Below, piece by piece: positions 38,468-50,660 of a stretch of 64,000 nt of DNA (position 1 is its first letter; each line of letters opens with the position of its first letter). The DNA lies in the NCBI RefSeq assembly GCF_006345805.1, contig NC_043000.1, positions 11,098,001 to 11,162,000 of the forward strand, given 5' to 3'. The position numbers and the translations under genes were made by a program. The notes under the pieces were generated by a model. The model was not told the origin of the DNA. It did not search any database and saw only the letters and a list, made by a program, of their open reading frames with translations. Source of the stretch: Octopus sinensis (lineage: Eukaryota).

Positions 38468-39665
38468 AATGCTTAGCGGCATTTCGACCGTCTTCATATT
38501 CTGAGTTCAAATTCTGCCGAGGTCGCCTTTGTCTTTTATTCTTTCAGGGTCGATAAAATAAATACCAGTTGAGTGCTGGAGTCGCCGTAATCGACTTATC
38601 CCCCCACCAAATGCTGGCCTTGTGCCAAAATTTGAACTAACATTAATTATTAGTATTATTAATATTACGAAAAAGGCGGCGAGCTGGCAGAACCGTTAGC
38701 ACGCCGGGCGAAATGTTTAGCAATATTTCGTCTGCCGCTACGTTCTGAGTTCAAATTCCGCCGAGGTCGACTTTGCCTTTCATCCTTACGGGGTCGATTA
38801 AATAAGCACCAGTTACGCACTGGGGTCGATATAATCGATTTAATCCGTTTGTCTGTCCTTGTTTGCCCTCTCTGTGTTTATCCCCTTGTGGGTAGTAAAG
38901 AAATAGGTATTTCGTCTGCCGCTACGTTCTGAGTTCAAATTCCGCCGAGGTCGACTTTGCCTTTCATCCTTTCGGGGTCGATTAAATAAGCACCAGTTAC
39001 GCACTGGGGTCGATATAATCGATTTAATCCGTTTGTCTGTCCTTGTTTGTCCCTTCTGTGTTTATCCCCTTGTGGATAGTAAAGAAATAGGTATTTCCGT
39101 CTGTCGCTACGTTCTGAGTTCAAATTCCGCCGAGGTTGACTTTGCCTTTCATCCTTTCGGGGTCGATAAATTAAGTACCAGTTGAGTACTGGGATCGATG
39201 TAATCGACTATCCCCCTCCCCCCAATTTCGGGCCTTGTGCCTATAGTAAAAAGGATTATGAAAAAGGCGGCGAGCTGGCAGAAACGTTAGCACGCCGGTC
39301 GAAATGCTTAGCGGCATTTCGTCTGCCGTTACGTTCTGAGTTCAAATTCCACCGAGGTCGACTTTGCCTTTCATTCTTTCGGGGTCGATAAATGAAGTAC
39401 CAGTTACGCACTGGGGTCGATGCAATCGACTTAATCCGTTTATCTGTCCTTGTTTATCCTCTCTGTGTTCAGCCCCTTGTGGGTAGTAAGAATAAGGTAT
39501 GTCTTCCATCTTTACGTTCTGAATTCAATTTCAGCCGATGTCGACTTTGCCTTTTATCTTTTGGGGGTCGATTAATTAAGTACCAGTTATGCACTGGGGT
39601 CGATGTAATCGACTAGTTCCTCCCTCATCCAAAATCCAGGCCTTGTGCTTATAGTAAGAAAGGGT
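38468..39665 (+). mobile_element. Tandem cluster of ~6 SINE family B copies/partials
   Basis: Repeated gttctgagttcaaattccgccgaggtcgactttgcctttcatcc units; full heads at 38675 and 39266, headless repeats after tails. Confidence 0.9.
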
Positions 39666-40176
39666 TATTATTAACGTGAGTTTTTTCTTCTTTCAATTCC
39701 TTTACCATTTCTTGCCGATTATCATTCCCGAGCGTGTAGGCCCACTCTACGTTGGCGCCTAGAGGAGTATAAAGGAGAGAGAAGCACTTGACATGGTATT
39801 CTTGGTGAGTAGGGTGGCTCGGGAACAGTGAGATTCCTTGGTTGCCCCTGGGTGGCCTCTCCCCACTCTCATTGAATAAGTTGTTCGTTAGAATTTTTTT
39901 TGATGGGGGAAATTATCGTTTTCCTTTTTTTTTTTTTCATTGTTTCGTGTTTCTTAGTAAATCCTCACTGTCTTTTGTCTTTGTACTTGTCCTGGATCTT
40001 CTGTTTGAACGGCAGTTTTTTAAAATGGTTGGCCCCGGGTGGGCCTTATCCCCTCTCATTGAATAAGTTGTTCGTTAGAATTTTTTTTTTGATTGGGGAA
40101 ATTATTCCGTTTTCCTTTTTTTTTTTGGTAATGTTTTGTTTCTTGTAACTCCTCACTGTCTTTTTTTTTTTGTCTT

Positions 40177-40940
40177 GGGACTGTTCCTTCTTTCTGTTTT
40201 GAAACGGCAGTTTTTTAAAATAATTTCTATGTAACTAAAATATTTTAAACTTCGTATACTGGTAGAATGTGTTTATAAAACTTCTTGGCTTTCTTGAGAA
40301 AATTCTATAGTTTGTAAAATATTTGGTCTTTAATTTCTTGCATTTCGGCAATTTCAACCAATCAATGACGTCTATTGAGGTGAAAACGATTTCTGCCGTA
40401 ATATTTTATGGCGGCGTCATATGAAAATGTCCCTGTTTTTTATGAGAAAAAAGATACCCTGTGGCCATAAACTGAGGGGTCACTCGTAAACAGAGCTGGA
40501 TAACAAAACCGTTCCCTCTTTAGTGTCCACCCATAATTATGACCCTAGTATCGATCTATTGCATTTCAATCTGTTATGGTCAGGGTTAGGGTTAAGGTTA
40601 GGGTTAGGGTTTAGGTTAGGGTTAGGGGTGGGGGAAAGGGTATCTTTTTTTCTTCAGAAATGTAAATAAACCCAATCTGTTTCTTAAACGAGGGACATTT
40701 TCATATTTCACCGCCAGAAAATTTTACGGCAGATAATATTTTCACCTCTATAGACGTCATTGATTGGTTGAAATTGCCAAAATTGAAGAAAATATCTTAC
40801 AAATATCTTACGAACTACAGAATTTTCTCAAGAAAGCCAAGAGAAAAAGATGTTTTATAAACACATTCTACCAGTATACGAAGTTTAAAAGTTACATAGA
40901 AATTATTTTAAAAAACTGCCGTTCAAACCGAAAAGATCCC
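40177..40940. mobile_element. Fold-back DNA element (~280-bp arms) with internal (TTAGGG)n
   Basis: aacggcagttttttaaaataatttc..aaaaaagataccct / agggtatctttttt..gaaattattttaaaaaactgccgttcaaaccgaaaagatccc; telomeric-type repeats at 40582-40627. Confidence 0.8.
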
Positions 40941-41515
40941 TTGTCCTAAATGTTTTCACGGCCATTGTAGTCAATAAAGAACGAATTCTTCTTATTCTTA
41001 TCATCATCGCCATTGTCATCGTCATTGTCGTCTGATCATTGCTGTTGTTGTTCCGTAACTTTGTGCTTGCCACCATGCCAAACACTACTGTCGCTTCACT
41101 AAGTTCAATGTCTAGTCAGCCGCGCCAAATCGCCAGCGTCCAAACAGCTGGGGCCCAGTCCTCTCATTCCGTAGTACTTGAAACTGGATAAGTCAACTAA
41201 TTTCGATATTTTTACTTATTATTTTATATTTATATATTTTATTTTTATTTCATTTCATTTTTACCTTATCTTTACTTTATTTCTGTTCATATATACATCA
41301 GTCTATAACGAAGTAAATTGGAAAAGAACATATATACCGGTAAATATGGATATTGACGTACATATTGACATACATACTTGTTGCGTGTGAATGTGTGTGT
41401 TTGTGTGTATATATGTGTATGTGTTACGTATGTATTTATGTATGTATGTATGCATATATGTATGTATAAATAAATAAATAAATAAATATATATAAATAAA
41501 TAAATATATATACAT

Positions 41516-41553
<38 letters not shown>

Positions 41554-41914
41554 CATATATATGTGTATGTGTTACGTATGTATTTATGTATGTATGTATG
41601 TATGCATATATGTATGCATATATGTATGTATATATGTATGCATATATGTATATATATATATATATATACACACACATATATCTACTTGTAAGCATGCACG
41701 TAGGCGCAACACCATACACACACACCACCACACACACGTAGACGAACATAGGTATAAATTTTGTTTCACTTTTACTTAATTTTATTTCATGAAGAGAATT
41801 TTTATTTTCTTTTACTTTCTTTTATTCATTACATTACTTTACTCATATATATTATAACTCATCATACTTTACTCATATATAATATAACCCATCATACATG
41901 ATTGTTACTGGATG

Positions 41915-42288
41915 GATGGAAGCACTCCGTCGGTTACGACGACGAGGGTTCCGGTTGATCCGAATCAACGGAACAGCCTGCTCGTGAAATTAACGTGTAA
42001 GTGGCTGAGCACTCCACAGATACGTGTACCCTTAACGTAGTTCTCGGGGATATTCAGCGTGACATAGAGAGTGTCAAGGCCGGCCCTTTGAAATACAGGT
42101 ACAACAGAAACAGGAAGTAAGAGTGAGAGAAAGTTGTGGTGAAAGAGTACAGCAGGGATCACCACCATCCCCTGCCGGAGCCTCATGGAGCTTTAGGTGT
42201 TTTCGTTCAATAAACACTTACAACGCCCGGTCTGGGAATCGAAACCGCGAGTCCGCTGCCCTAACCACTGGGCCATTGCGCCTCCACA
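41915..42288 (-). mobile_element. SINE family E, with TSD
   Basis: TSD acatgattgttact; (GATG)n tail. Confidence 0.9.
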
Positions 42289-42631
42289 TGATTGTTACTA
42301 TTATTGACCAGGCTCCCATGGCATTTATGCGTTTTTCCATGAGTAACCCTTTCGAAGCGCCTCCCCCCTATTGGGAGTTTTAATTATTACTTATTTTTCG
42401 TTGTCATCCTGCTTTTGTACATGGACTTTTTTCAAACGGACAAAACCCTTTGTAACTTTCGTCCTGTGTTTTGTCCCTTTATGTTTTTATTGATTTTTGT
42501 TAGCCCTTGTGGCCAATAAACGAACGAACTATTATTATTATTGAATTGAAATGAAAGGAATAATTTTAACGAATGCTTACACACACGCGCGCGCGTATAC
42601 ATACGCGCATAGTAAGCATGTTTATATATTT

Positions 42632-42978
42632 GGCAATCTTACGGTTCTAGTATACTTTACGTCAACTGACCATGTGTATTTGTTTATATATGATCGTCGA
42701 TATCCGTAAAAAACTTTTATTTTTTTACATTTATTTTTTTTACATATGGGCTTGGGGGAAAATGGGATCTTTGGGGTTAGGGCTAGGGTCCTAACCGTAA
42801 CCCTAACCCCAAACCCAAACCCTAACCCTAACCCTAACCCAAAGATCCCATTTCCCCCAACCCCATATGTAAAAAAATAAATGTAAAAAATAAAAGTTTT
42901 ATACGGATATCGACGATCATATATAAACAAATACACATGATCAGTTGACGTAAAATATACTAGAACCGTAAGATTGCC
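42632..42978. mobile_element. Palindromic MITE related to 30867-31289, with inverted telomeric-type repeats at centre
   Basis: GGCAATCTT..AAGATTGCC termini; ~145-bp arms; shares gtcgatWtccgtaaaaaa..ttttttacatatgggcttg; centre gggttagggctaggg / cctaaccgtaaccctaaccc. Confidence 0.85.
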
Positions 42979-43609
42979 GATATTTAAGCCAGTGTTTATT
43001 CAAAGCAATGAATAGATTTTGACGAAACCATGGTATGCTTTGCTTTCTGAATTTTTAATCATCTCATAATAATGACTTTTATGACTTTTATTACTACCTC
43101 AGTCCATCTAAATGTATATATCTGTCGTTACCTTTCATAAAAAGCCTTTTCTTTTTTTATTTACAATGTGCATTTTCGTTGATTTTTCTTATTTTCCCCA
43201 TTATATTTTTATATATGTTTTGTAATTTTAATCTTACTTGAGAAATGAAACAATTGTTGGTTAATATGTTACTTAATTAATAAATTAATTTGTATCCATT
43301 ACATTTCTCTGTTTTCTAACTCAATATAAATGTTTGATATCTTACAATATTCTATATAATATATTCATTGAAGAATTTTTTCTTCAAAGTTTAATATATT
43401 AAGCCAGTGTATCTTAGATAAATATCCTTATAAGGTGTTTGAATATCCTCATTGTGATATATATACATGAGTTACAAGAAATGTTATATGTGGGGCTATA
43501 TCTGTAGTAAATAGGAATAAGCGGTCTTTGGCTGCTATTTCTAAATTTTCGCTATGTGGTTAAGCAACTTGTTGCTTAATCCTAATTATATATACATATA
43601 AAAAAACTT

Positions 43610-43671
<62 letters not shown>

Positions 43672-44023
43672 CGATAGGCTTCTTTCAGTTGCCATCTACT
43701 CACAAAACTTTAGCCGGCCCGAGGCTATAGTAGAAGACACTTGCCCAAGGTGCCACGTTGTGGAACTGAACCCAAACCTATGTGATTGGGAAGCAAGCTT
43801 CTTACCACACAATCACTCCTGCACCTATTTATATATAATATAACAGTCAATGACTTTTATTTAGGGCGCCAGTGGTTGTAAGAAGAGAAGTTAAAATGTG
43901 TTATGTTTGAATAAGTATTTAGTTAGTGGTGCGGAAAACCAATTGGAATATATAGAAGATATTATAAAGACGGTGCTCGAGCATGTCTGTAATCTAATGA
44001 CTGAGACAAGTAAAAGATAAAAA

Positions 44024-44401
44024 TCTCTCTATATATATAAACCTGAAGTTGTCTGTGTATGGCAGGTTTGGTAGCATTCAACTAACACTATCTCCTCGCA
44101 AGTTGACTAAAATTGAGAATATGATAGAAGAAGGCTTGCTCTTCCTTCCGTAGAAGAAAAATTTCAAATCGGACCATGTTAACACCAAAAATTATTTACA
44201 TCAAAAAGTGTTTTTTTCTATGAAAATCTCTATTTTTTTACGATTTTTTGACTGCTGTGTCGCCATTTTTCGGTGTATTTCGACCAGAAAAATGTTCACT
44301 TAAAGAGAATAACAAGCTACATAATGCAAAATTTTACTTTTCAAAAATTCCAATTCTAAAGGGTGGAAACAAACCCGAGCAAGGCCGGGCGATACTGCTA
44401 G
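44024..44401 (+). mobile_element. Non-autonomous Helitron
   Basis: A|TC start; cccgagcaaggccgggcgatactgCTAG|T end shared with the 23.2 and 59.9 kb elements. Confidence 0.8.
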
Positions 44402-44889
44402 TAAAAGATGAAGATATACCAACTGACGATTTGATGTAGAACTAGTGGATAAAGAACTTAGTAGATAAGTCTGTGTAACATATTTGAGGTTCGTTAGTTC
44501 TCACATATATCATTTAAACTATTGTTTAGTGTAAATATGTACATGGAATATATCGTAGAGTGTTTCTTTTCCTTTTTTCGCTTTGCAGGTCGAGCAATGA
44601 GTTTTTGAATTGGTGTGTTTTTCCTTCTTCCTTTTCCTCCATGGAGGTGAATTAATAATTAACTTTTAGTGAGCAAAGTGAATAATTGACAGGGAAGTGA
44701 TTTGGCGATATCCATTTTGAAGTCGTTGTGAGACACAAGTGTTCTTGTATGCATGCATGTACGCATTCATAGAAATCTATACAGAGGTATGTAAACTAAC
44801 AACAGAGGCGAAAGGAATAAATATACAGTTGACATATATATATATATATATATAACGATGTTCTTGAAGAGCATTTAAAATACAATGTA

Positions 44890-45453
44890 TTGGGTTGTCC
44901 GGAAAGTTCGTGCGATTTTTGAAGGAAAGAAAAAGGTCACTAAATAGTTGAGTTACATTTTTAATCAACCAAATATGAACCATTTTGTTGCACAATGCAT
45001 CTCCATCTTTCCTTTAACTTGAAAATGCCCTCTTTCCAGAACTGAAGTGGTTTCATGGCAAAGAATTCATCAAGGTATCTTTTTACGTCATCCAAGGAAT
45101 TGTTATTTTTACTATTAAGACTATTCTGCAGAGACCTGAATAAGTGGAAATCCGAAGGAGCAATATCTGGTGAATATGGAAGGTGGGGTAACACACCCCA
45201 GCCGAGCTGCAGCAATTTTTGTCTGGTTCCCAAAGCATCAAGTGCCGAAAATGAACTTTCTTATCTTCCATTTTAAAGGGTTACAGAATTAACACAGGTT
45301 ATAGGAACATAAACCTTCTACCACGAAAAATTAGCTTAAACTGTGCTCTAAATGGAGGTGTAGTCAAATCCTATTTTATGGACTCAGCCATGTTCTAAAA
45401 TAAGTCGAAAGGTAAGCTACTATAAATCGGCACGAACTTTCCGGACAACCCAA
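44890..45453 (-). mobile_element. Internally deleted mariner with intact TIRs and TA TSD
   Basis: TA-ttgggttgtccggaaagttcgtgc / gcacgaactttccggacaacccaa-TA; N-term [15 protein letters not shown] joined to C-term [36 protein letters not shown]. Confidence 0.92.
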
Positions 45454-46069
45454 TATAACGTTCTACATCAAATCGTCAGTTGGTATATCTTTATCTTATA
45501 TCTTTTATCTTTTACTTGTTTCAGTCATTAGATTGCAGCTACGCTCGGTCACCATCTTCATATATCTTCTATGTATTTCACATGGTTTTCCGCACCACTA
45601 ACCAAATACTTATTCAAACATTACGAATTTTCACTTCTCTTCTTACAACCACTGGCGCCCTAAATAAAGGTCATTGTGTATTTTGTTGGTGAAAATGCGA
45701 CTGCAAAACCACTACTACTATTACTACTAATTGTAGTAGTCTTTTCTATTATACGCACGAGGCTTGCAATTGAATCCCGTTTCATTCCCAAAATGAGCCC
45801 CCTTTAATTTTGCTCAGATTGGTTTCAACTTAGGTGTGTCGATGCAACTCTGAATATTGATTGTGATCAACTAATTACTTTATCCCGTAAATTAAAGAAT
45901 CTGATGTTATTTGGAATTAAAGTAGGGAAATTTGGGTAATTTTAGCTAATCAATAGATAGCGTGGCATTAGCAGCTTGTTAATATGACAATCGCACGCTG
46001 TGTTGAGCTTCACTTTACCCGTGTCTGTTCTGACGCGAATTTTTTTCCCACGAGAGTTCCGGACCCTAG

Positions 46070-46226
46070 TAATGAACTCATTTGCATACAGCCAATCAAA
46101 GCAGAGCCACCTGTATCCTTTCTTCTTTCGAGTCAGCACCGTGCATTCCTTACTCTTTCCCTCTCTACTGACAGACAGTAACTTCTCCGTCCTCTAACTA
46201 CCTGTCGGGCAAACGAATAAATATAG
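46070..46226 (+). promoter_or_regulatory. Candidate plus-strand promoter/first exon
   Basis: Octamer ATTTGCAT 46080-46087, CCAAT box AGCCAATCA 46090-46098, CpG-containing unique DNA, donor AG|GTAAAT at 46227. Confidence 0.35.
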
Positions 46227-46769
46227 GTAAATAATATTTCTTCCTTCTTGGTGTTGATCCTTCGATGTTCACTGCTTACTCTGACGTTGCACAATAATAC
46301 ACTTGCCCAAACTGAATTGCTGGAGTTATTTCATTTTTTTTTTGTCCAGATAAAATGTTTTTAAAAAGTTATAGAGGTTTAAAGTTCGATCATTGTCACC
46401 CAGTCAGGAAACGAGATTTGGAAGGTGTCATTTTGTGCGTGACTACACATTTTGTCGTCAACATCCAGAAAATAATTACATTTTTTACATTTTCCGCGAA
46501 GTTTTCACGGGTCCAGCTAGTTATGATAAATAGATGTATAATTTACTACTAATAATACAATGGTACTCAGCGAAATTTTTTAATACTCACACATTTTCGT
46601 GACTTTCTTTTTTATCTTTTCTGTTTGGTTGCCAGCGTCAATTTTCTGCTCGAATTTATTTCATATTGACTAATTAAGGAAGTGGAAGTAATTTTCGCTA
46701 TAACTTTAATTACAAATAAAGAGTTATTTGTAATTAAAGTTTTAAAATTTTGGTAATTTTAGTCAATCG

Positions 46770-48095
46770 TAAGCCACAGATAACCGTGTATAATAAAACA
46801 AAGAAAGAAGGAAAAGGGAATGACATGATGTGGTCCTCCAGATACAGCAGGGCCTCTAGGAATAATCGAGAAACCCCACCGTCCAAGATTTCCCCGAATA
46901 CCAGGGCAAATGCCCTCAGAAATTCCTTTTCTCTGATCTACACTTAGAGCGGTACCATCCACTCTTGCCACTTTCGCAACTTTCATTCACCATTCAATAA
47001 AATCACTCTAGGACAGCAGTTCCCTCTCAACCCCAATTCCCTTTTTAAGTGAAACTTAAAAAAGTCGATGAGGGCTCTACCAAAGAGAAATGTTTCTGTC
47101 CTCATGTCTTTCAGCTTCGTCACCAGACAACTCCCTTCGCCACAGTCACCAGGTAAAGGAAAACTGTCTCACCTGCCTGATTAGAGGAGGGCAGCGGGGA
47201 CAATTATCACTATAGACTCGATCGATAGTCAGATCCGTCAAGTGATGCTGACAGCACATCCGTGCCTGTAAAGTATATCTCTAATCGGTAGCGTCTCCTC
47301 CCCGGTAGCCCTGCTAGGCCAAGAACATCAACCCTCTGGTAGTCGCCGACCAGAAAGTCCAACGGAACAGACTAGCCAGTTCGTTTTCATTGACGCTCAG
47401 AGTCTACCCGAGAACGTCGTTGCACTTTCTCGCCGCTAATCCTCTATATACTGCTAAAGAGGAACATCCAGCAATTCTATCGCTCGACTGGTTGAGAGCA
47501 GTAAGCGCCCGATGATACTCTAAGTGCCAGACACCTAATCTCAGTTTTTCTTTCACCCAGCACTGCGATTCCATCAAGGAGACGAGCTGTAGATAAACGT
47601 GCCTTACAAACAGAGCCCACACGCGTTCACCGTCCAGAAATTGTTGAAGGTGGCGCACCTGAGTGCATGTCTGCGCATCAGTAGCCACGACATGCTTAAA
47701 CCGTCATGCAGAGGGTGCTGGCGGCAGACTAACCGCCTGATCATTGGAAAATAAATAAGAGACGCTCCAACCTGATCAAGGAGTAACTGAGGTGGGGCAC
47801 GACGGTCAGACGATAAATGAAGACGAACGCGATTTAGGCATTCGCCACCTCTGCCGACCTTTCAAGGACGGCTTCCTTTCAGTCCATTTCTGGTTAAGAC
47901 TGACCACCCTGTTCACCATCTCACCCCAGTTCTTATCCACCTGGAGGTCGGGACCGAGCCAGACCCTGGCAGTTTAAATAGTCCGTCTGACGGCATGAGT
48001 CTGCTTGTCTAGATGCCCAGCTGCAACCCCACCGACTTGTCAGCACTGACTTTGGCTTCTGCAACCGACTCACATTACAATGGTGCTGAGAGTCT
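46770..48095 (-). mobile_element. Tx1/L1-clade LINE 3' fragment (RT C-terminus, zf-RVT region), decayed
   Basis: Minus-strand pieces AKV..DKSVGLQLG, GPDLQVDKNW, SLKGR, YRLTVVP, LERL; ORF 47404-47688. Confidence 0.7.
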
Positions 48096-48861
48096 CAACT
48101 TCGGAGACTTCCGACATCCTGGCGGTGAACATGGTAGAAAGGTATTACCTACTGTTACTACTAGCAATCAAACATTTGTTTATTCATAAAAATATTCACA
48201 TAAATGTACGTGCCATAACCTTCCATACCCTCACACAAAATGCGCAGAACACTTCCCAAATAAATATAAAAACTTTTATTTCTCTTCATGTTTTTTGTCG
48301 GTCTTTCTCCTTCGTTGCTCCCGATGAAAGAATAAATACGAACAATTTCTAACTTTCAATTCATGCATGACTATCTCGATATATTTAGAATGTATTTTTA
48401 TGCATTTTAAATGTGTGCGCGCGCGTATAAGAGAGAGAAAAAGAGAGAATGAAAGGCCTCTGATATTAAATAAATTGGTTAAATGTAGTATGCAAATTAA
48501 TTGTTCCAATTCTTTGGAACCACTAGATTTCATGTGCATATTAAAACTGATTGACTATTTGTTCCTTTGGGTGGTCAAGATGTAGACACGTCTCAGGAGG
48601 CTCTCTCCTTGTATAAAGGTCAAAAACCAATAAAAGTTGCTTATCGTTTTACAGTAGGTAATTTGACATGTTAATGTGTCTACTATATATGCTTATATGC
48701 ATATAATAAGCTCGGCCCGTAACCGATACACCGAGAGTTTAGACACCGTGTCGCCGTTTCTTCACACACATACACAACAAACACAGCATTTCTATGCTTT
48801 TAAGCAAAGCTGTTGTTACACAGCCCAGACCACCTCCAACAGATAGGTGCAAATGTGTATA

Positions 48862-49035
48862 AGGCGGCGAGCTGGCAGAAACGTTAGCACGCTGGGCGAA
48901 ATGCGTAGCCGTATTTCGTCTGCCGTTACGTTCTGAGTTCAAATTCCGCCGAGGTCGACTTTGCCTTTCATCCTTTCGGAGTCGATAAATCAAGTACCAG
49001 TTACGCACTGGGGTCGATATAATCGACTTAATTCG
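48862..49035 (+). mobile_element. SINE family B (3' truncated)
   Basis: Consensus head ggcggcgagctggcagaaacgttagcac. Confidence 0.85.
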
Positions 49036-49104
49036 TCGATGCCATCTCACCGCCTTAATAACAACGACGATGCATGAGAGAGTACATATGTGTCTGTGCA
49101 TATA

Positions 49105-49967
49105 CAGGGTGCCGTGAATATATTGTCTTCTAAACTACGCAAAAATGAAAATAACACTGCTATCCCGTTTTAGCAGATATATTTACCAAAATTACATAAA
49201 CTAAAGAGTAATTTTATTCAATAAAATCGCCATTGGCTTCAGCCACGACCTCCAGATGACTTCGGAATCTGCTGCAACTCTTCTGGACGTTTAAGTTGGT
49301 GAATGCTGCCATAATCCTTGTCTTTAGTTCATCTTTGGTGTTACAAAGAATTTTTTTGGTCCCTCACTCAACTGCGCCCCACCCATAATAATCAAGTGGG
49401 TTGCAATCTGGAGAATAAGGTGGCCAGATTTTAAGGGGTAATATGGTCGCAGAAATTGTTTGACAGCCATGACTGGGTTCTCCTGCTAGTGTGACATGGT
49501 GCAGAGTCCAGTTACCAGTTATAGGGTCTTCCAGCAGCCACACTCTTCACCTAGGGCGACACTACATCCTCCAGGCACATGATGTAGGCCTCTGTGTTGA
49601 GTCTGAGGCCATGTGGGAAGATGAATGGAGGCATAATGTCGCCATCACTAGTGACTACTCCAAACACTATGATGTTGACTGGATGTTTGATTTTTATCAC
49701 TCTAAGTACATGTTTCGGGGACACGGCAAACCAACGGTTGTTCTGTGTTCACCATCTATTCGTATTGGAGCTTCCGGCGGGAATGTCAAGTAATACAGCA
49801 TGTTTCCAAATTCCTGGTAGAGCGAATTGCATCATGGTGCTGTTTTTTCTCACAGATGGTGCCCAACTGATCCTACTATACAGTGTAGTCGACAAAATCA
49901 AAAATAAACAACGCACATGCACGAAATTAAAACTATAAGATGATGACAATTTACCCATAGCACCCTG
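49105..49967 (-). mobile_element. Internally deleted maT-type (DD37D) Tc1/mariner element
   Basis: TIRs TA-cagggtgccgtgaatatattgtc / gacaatttacccatagcaccctg-TA; DSAPCHTSRRTQSWLSNNFCDHIT..WPPYSPDCNPLDYY.WGAVE. Confidence 0.85.
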
Positions 49968-49996
49968 TATATATTTCTTTACTACCCACAAGGGGC

Positions 49997-50452
49997 TGTA
50001 GTGACGCTATCCAACAGCGCGCGCGCGCAACGCCCTCTCGCGCATACGCGAAGACCGGAAGAGGGAATTTGCTGATGTGGCGTTAGCTGATTAGGCGAAG
50101 GGAGCGTGAACCTTAAAAAGACAGAGAGAGATATAGAAGCAGTCAGCAGAAAGCCTTTCATTGTTGCAGACCACATTATCTTCGCTCCCTACGGACGCCA
50201 TAGAAGACCAGCTCAGTTTGCTGTTGCACTTGTAAAATTCTTACAAGCGTTAAAGTTTCAGCTCTGACACATCCATACCAAGCGGAACCAAATAACACCT
50301 TATTTCGTACTGTTATAAGAACAATAAAGAATATATATTTTTACTGTTGCGTTTTGAGTTCTTTGACTGGTAGAATCTGGAAATTTAAGCAACGGAAATT
50401 GAATGCACCATTTGCACCCTAAAAGTGCAAGAAGCATCCTATTCCCGTTACA
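49997..50452 (+). mobile_element. Solo LTR (gypsy-type) inserted in SINE B, 4-bp TSD
   Basis: TGTA..TTACA termini, GGGC on both sides, internal AATAAA; flanks rejoin into SINE B consensus actacccacaaggggctaaacacagagggg. Confidence 0.8.
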
Positions 50453-50660
50453 GGGCTAAACACAGAGGGGACAAACAAGGACAGACAAACGGATTAAGTC
50501 GATTACATCGATCCCAGTGCGTAAATGGTACTTAATTTATCGACCCCGAAAGGATGAAAGGCAAAGTCGACCTCGGCGGAATTTGAACTCAGAACGTAAC
50601 GGCAGATAAATACGGCTACGCATTTCGCCCGGCGTGCTAACGTTTCTGCCAACTCGTCCG
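50453..50660 (-). mobile_element. SINE family B (tail remnant at 49975-49996)
   Basis: Consensus match. Confidence 0.85.

Noticed and set aside
39841-40220. ~185-bp tandem duplication (and 32476-32690)
   Set aside because: Copies differ largely in homopolymer lengths; may be a long-read or assembly artefact, so not interpreted
40582-40627. Chromosome-fusion telomere remnant
   Set aside because: Short tract embedded inside a fold-back transposon
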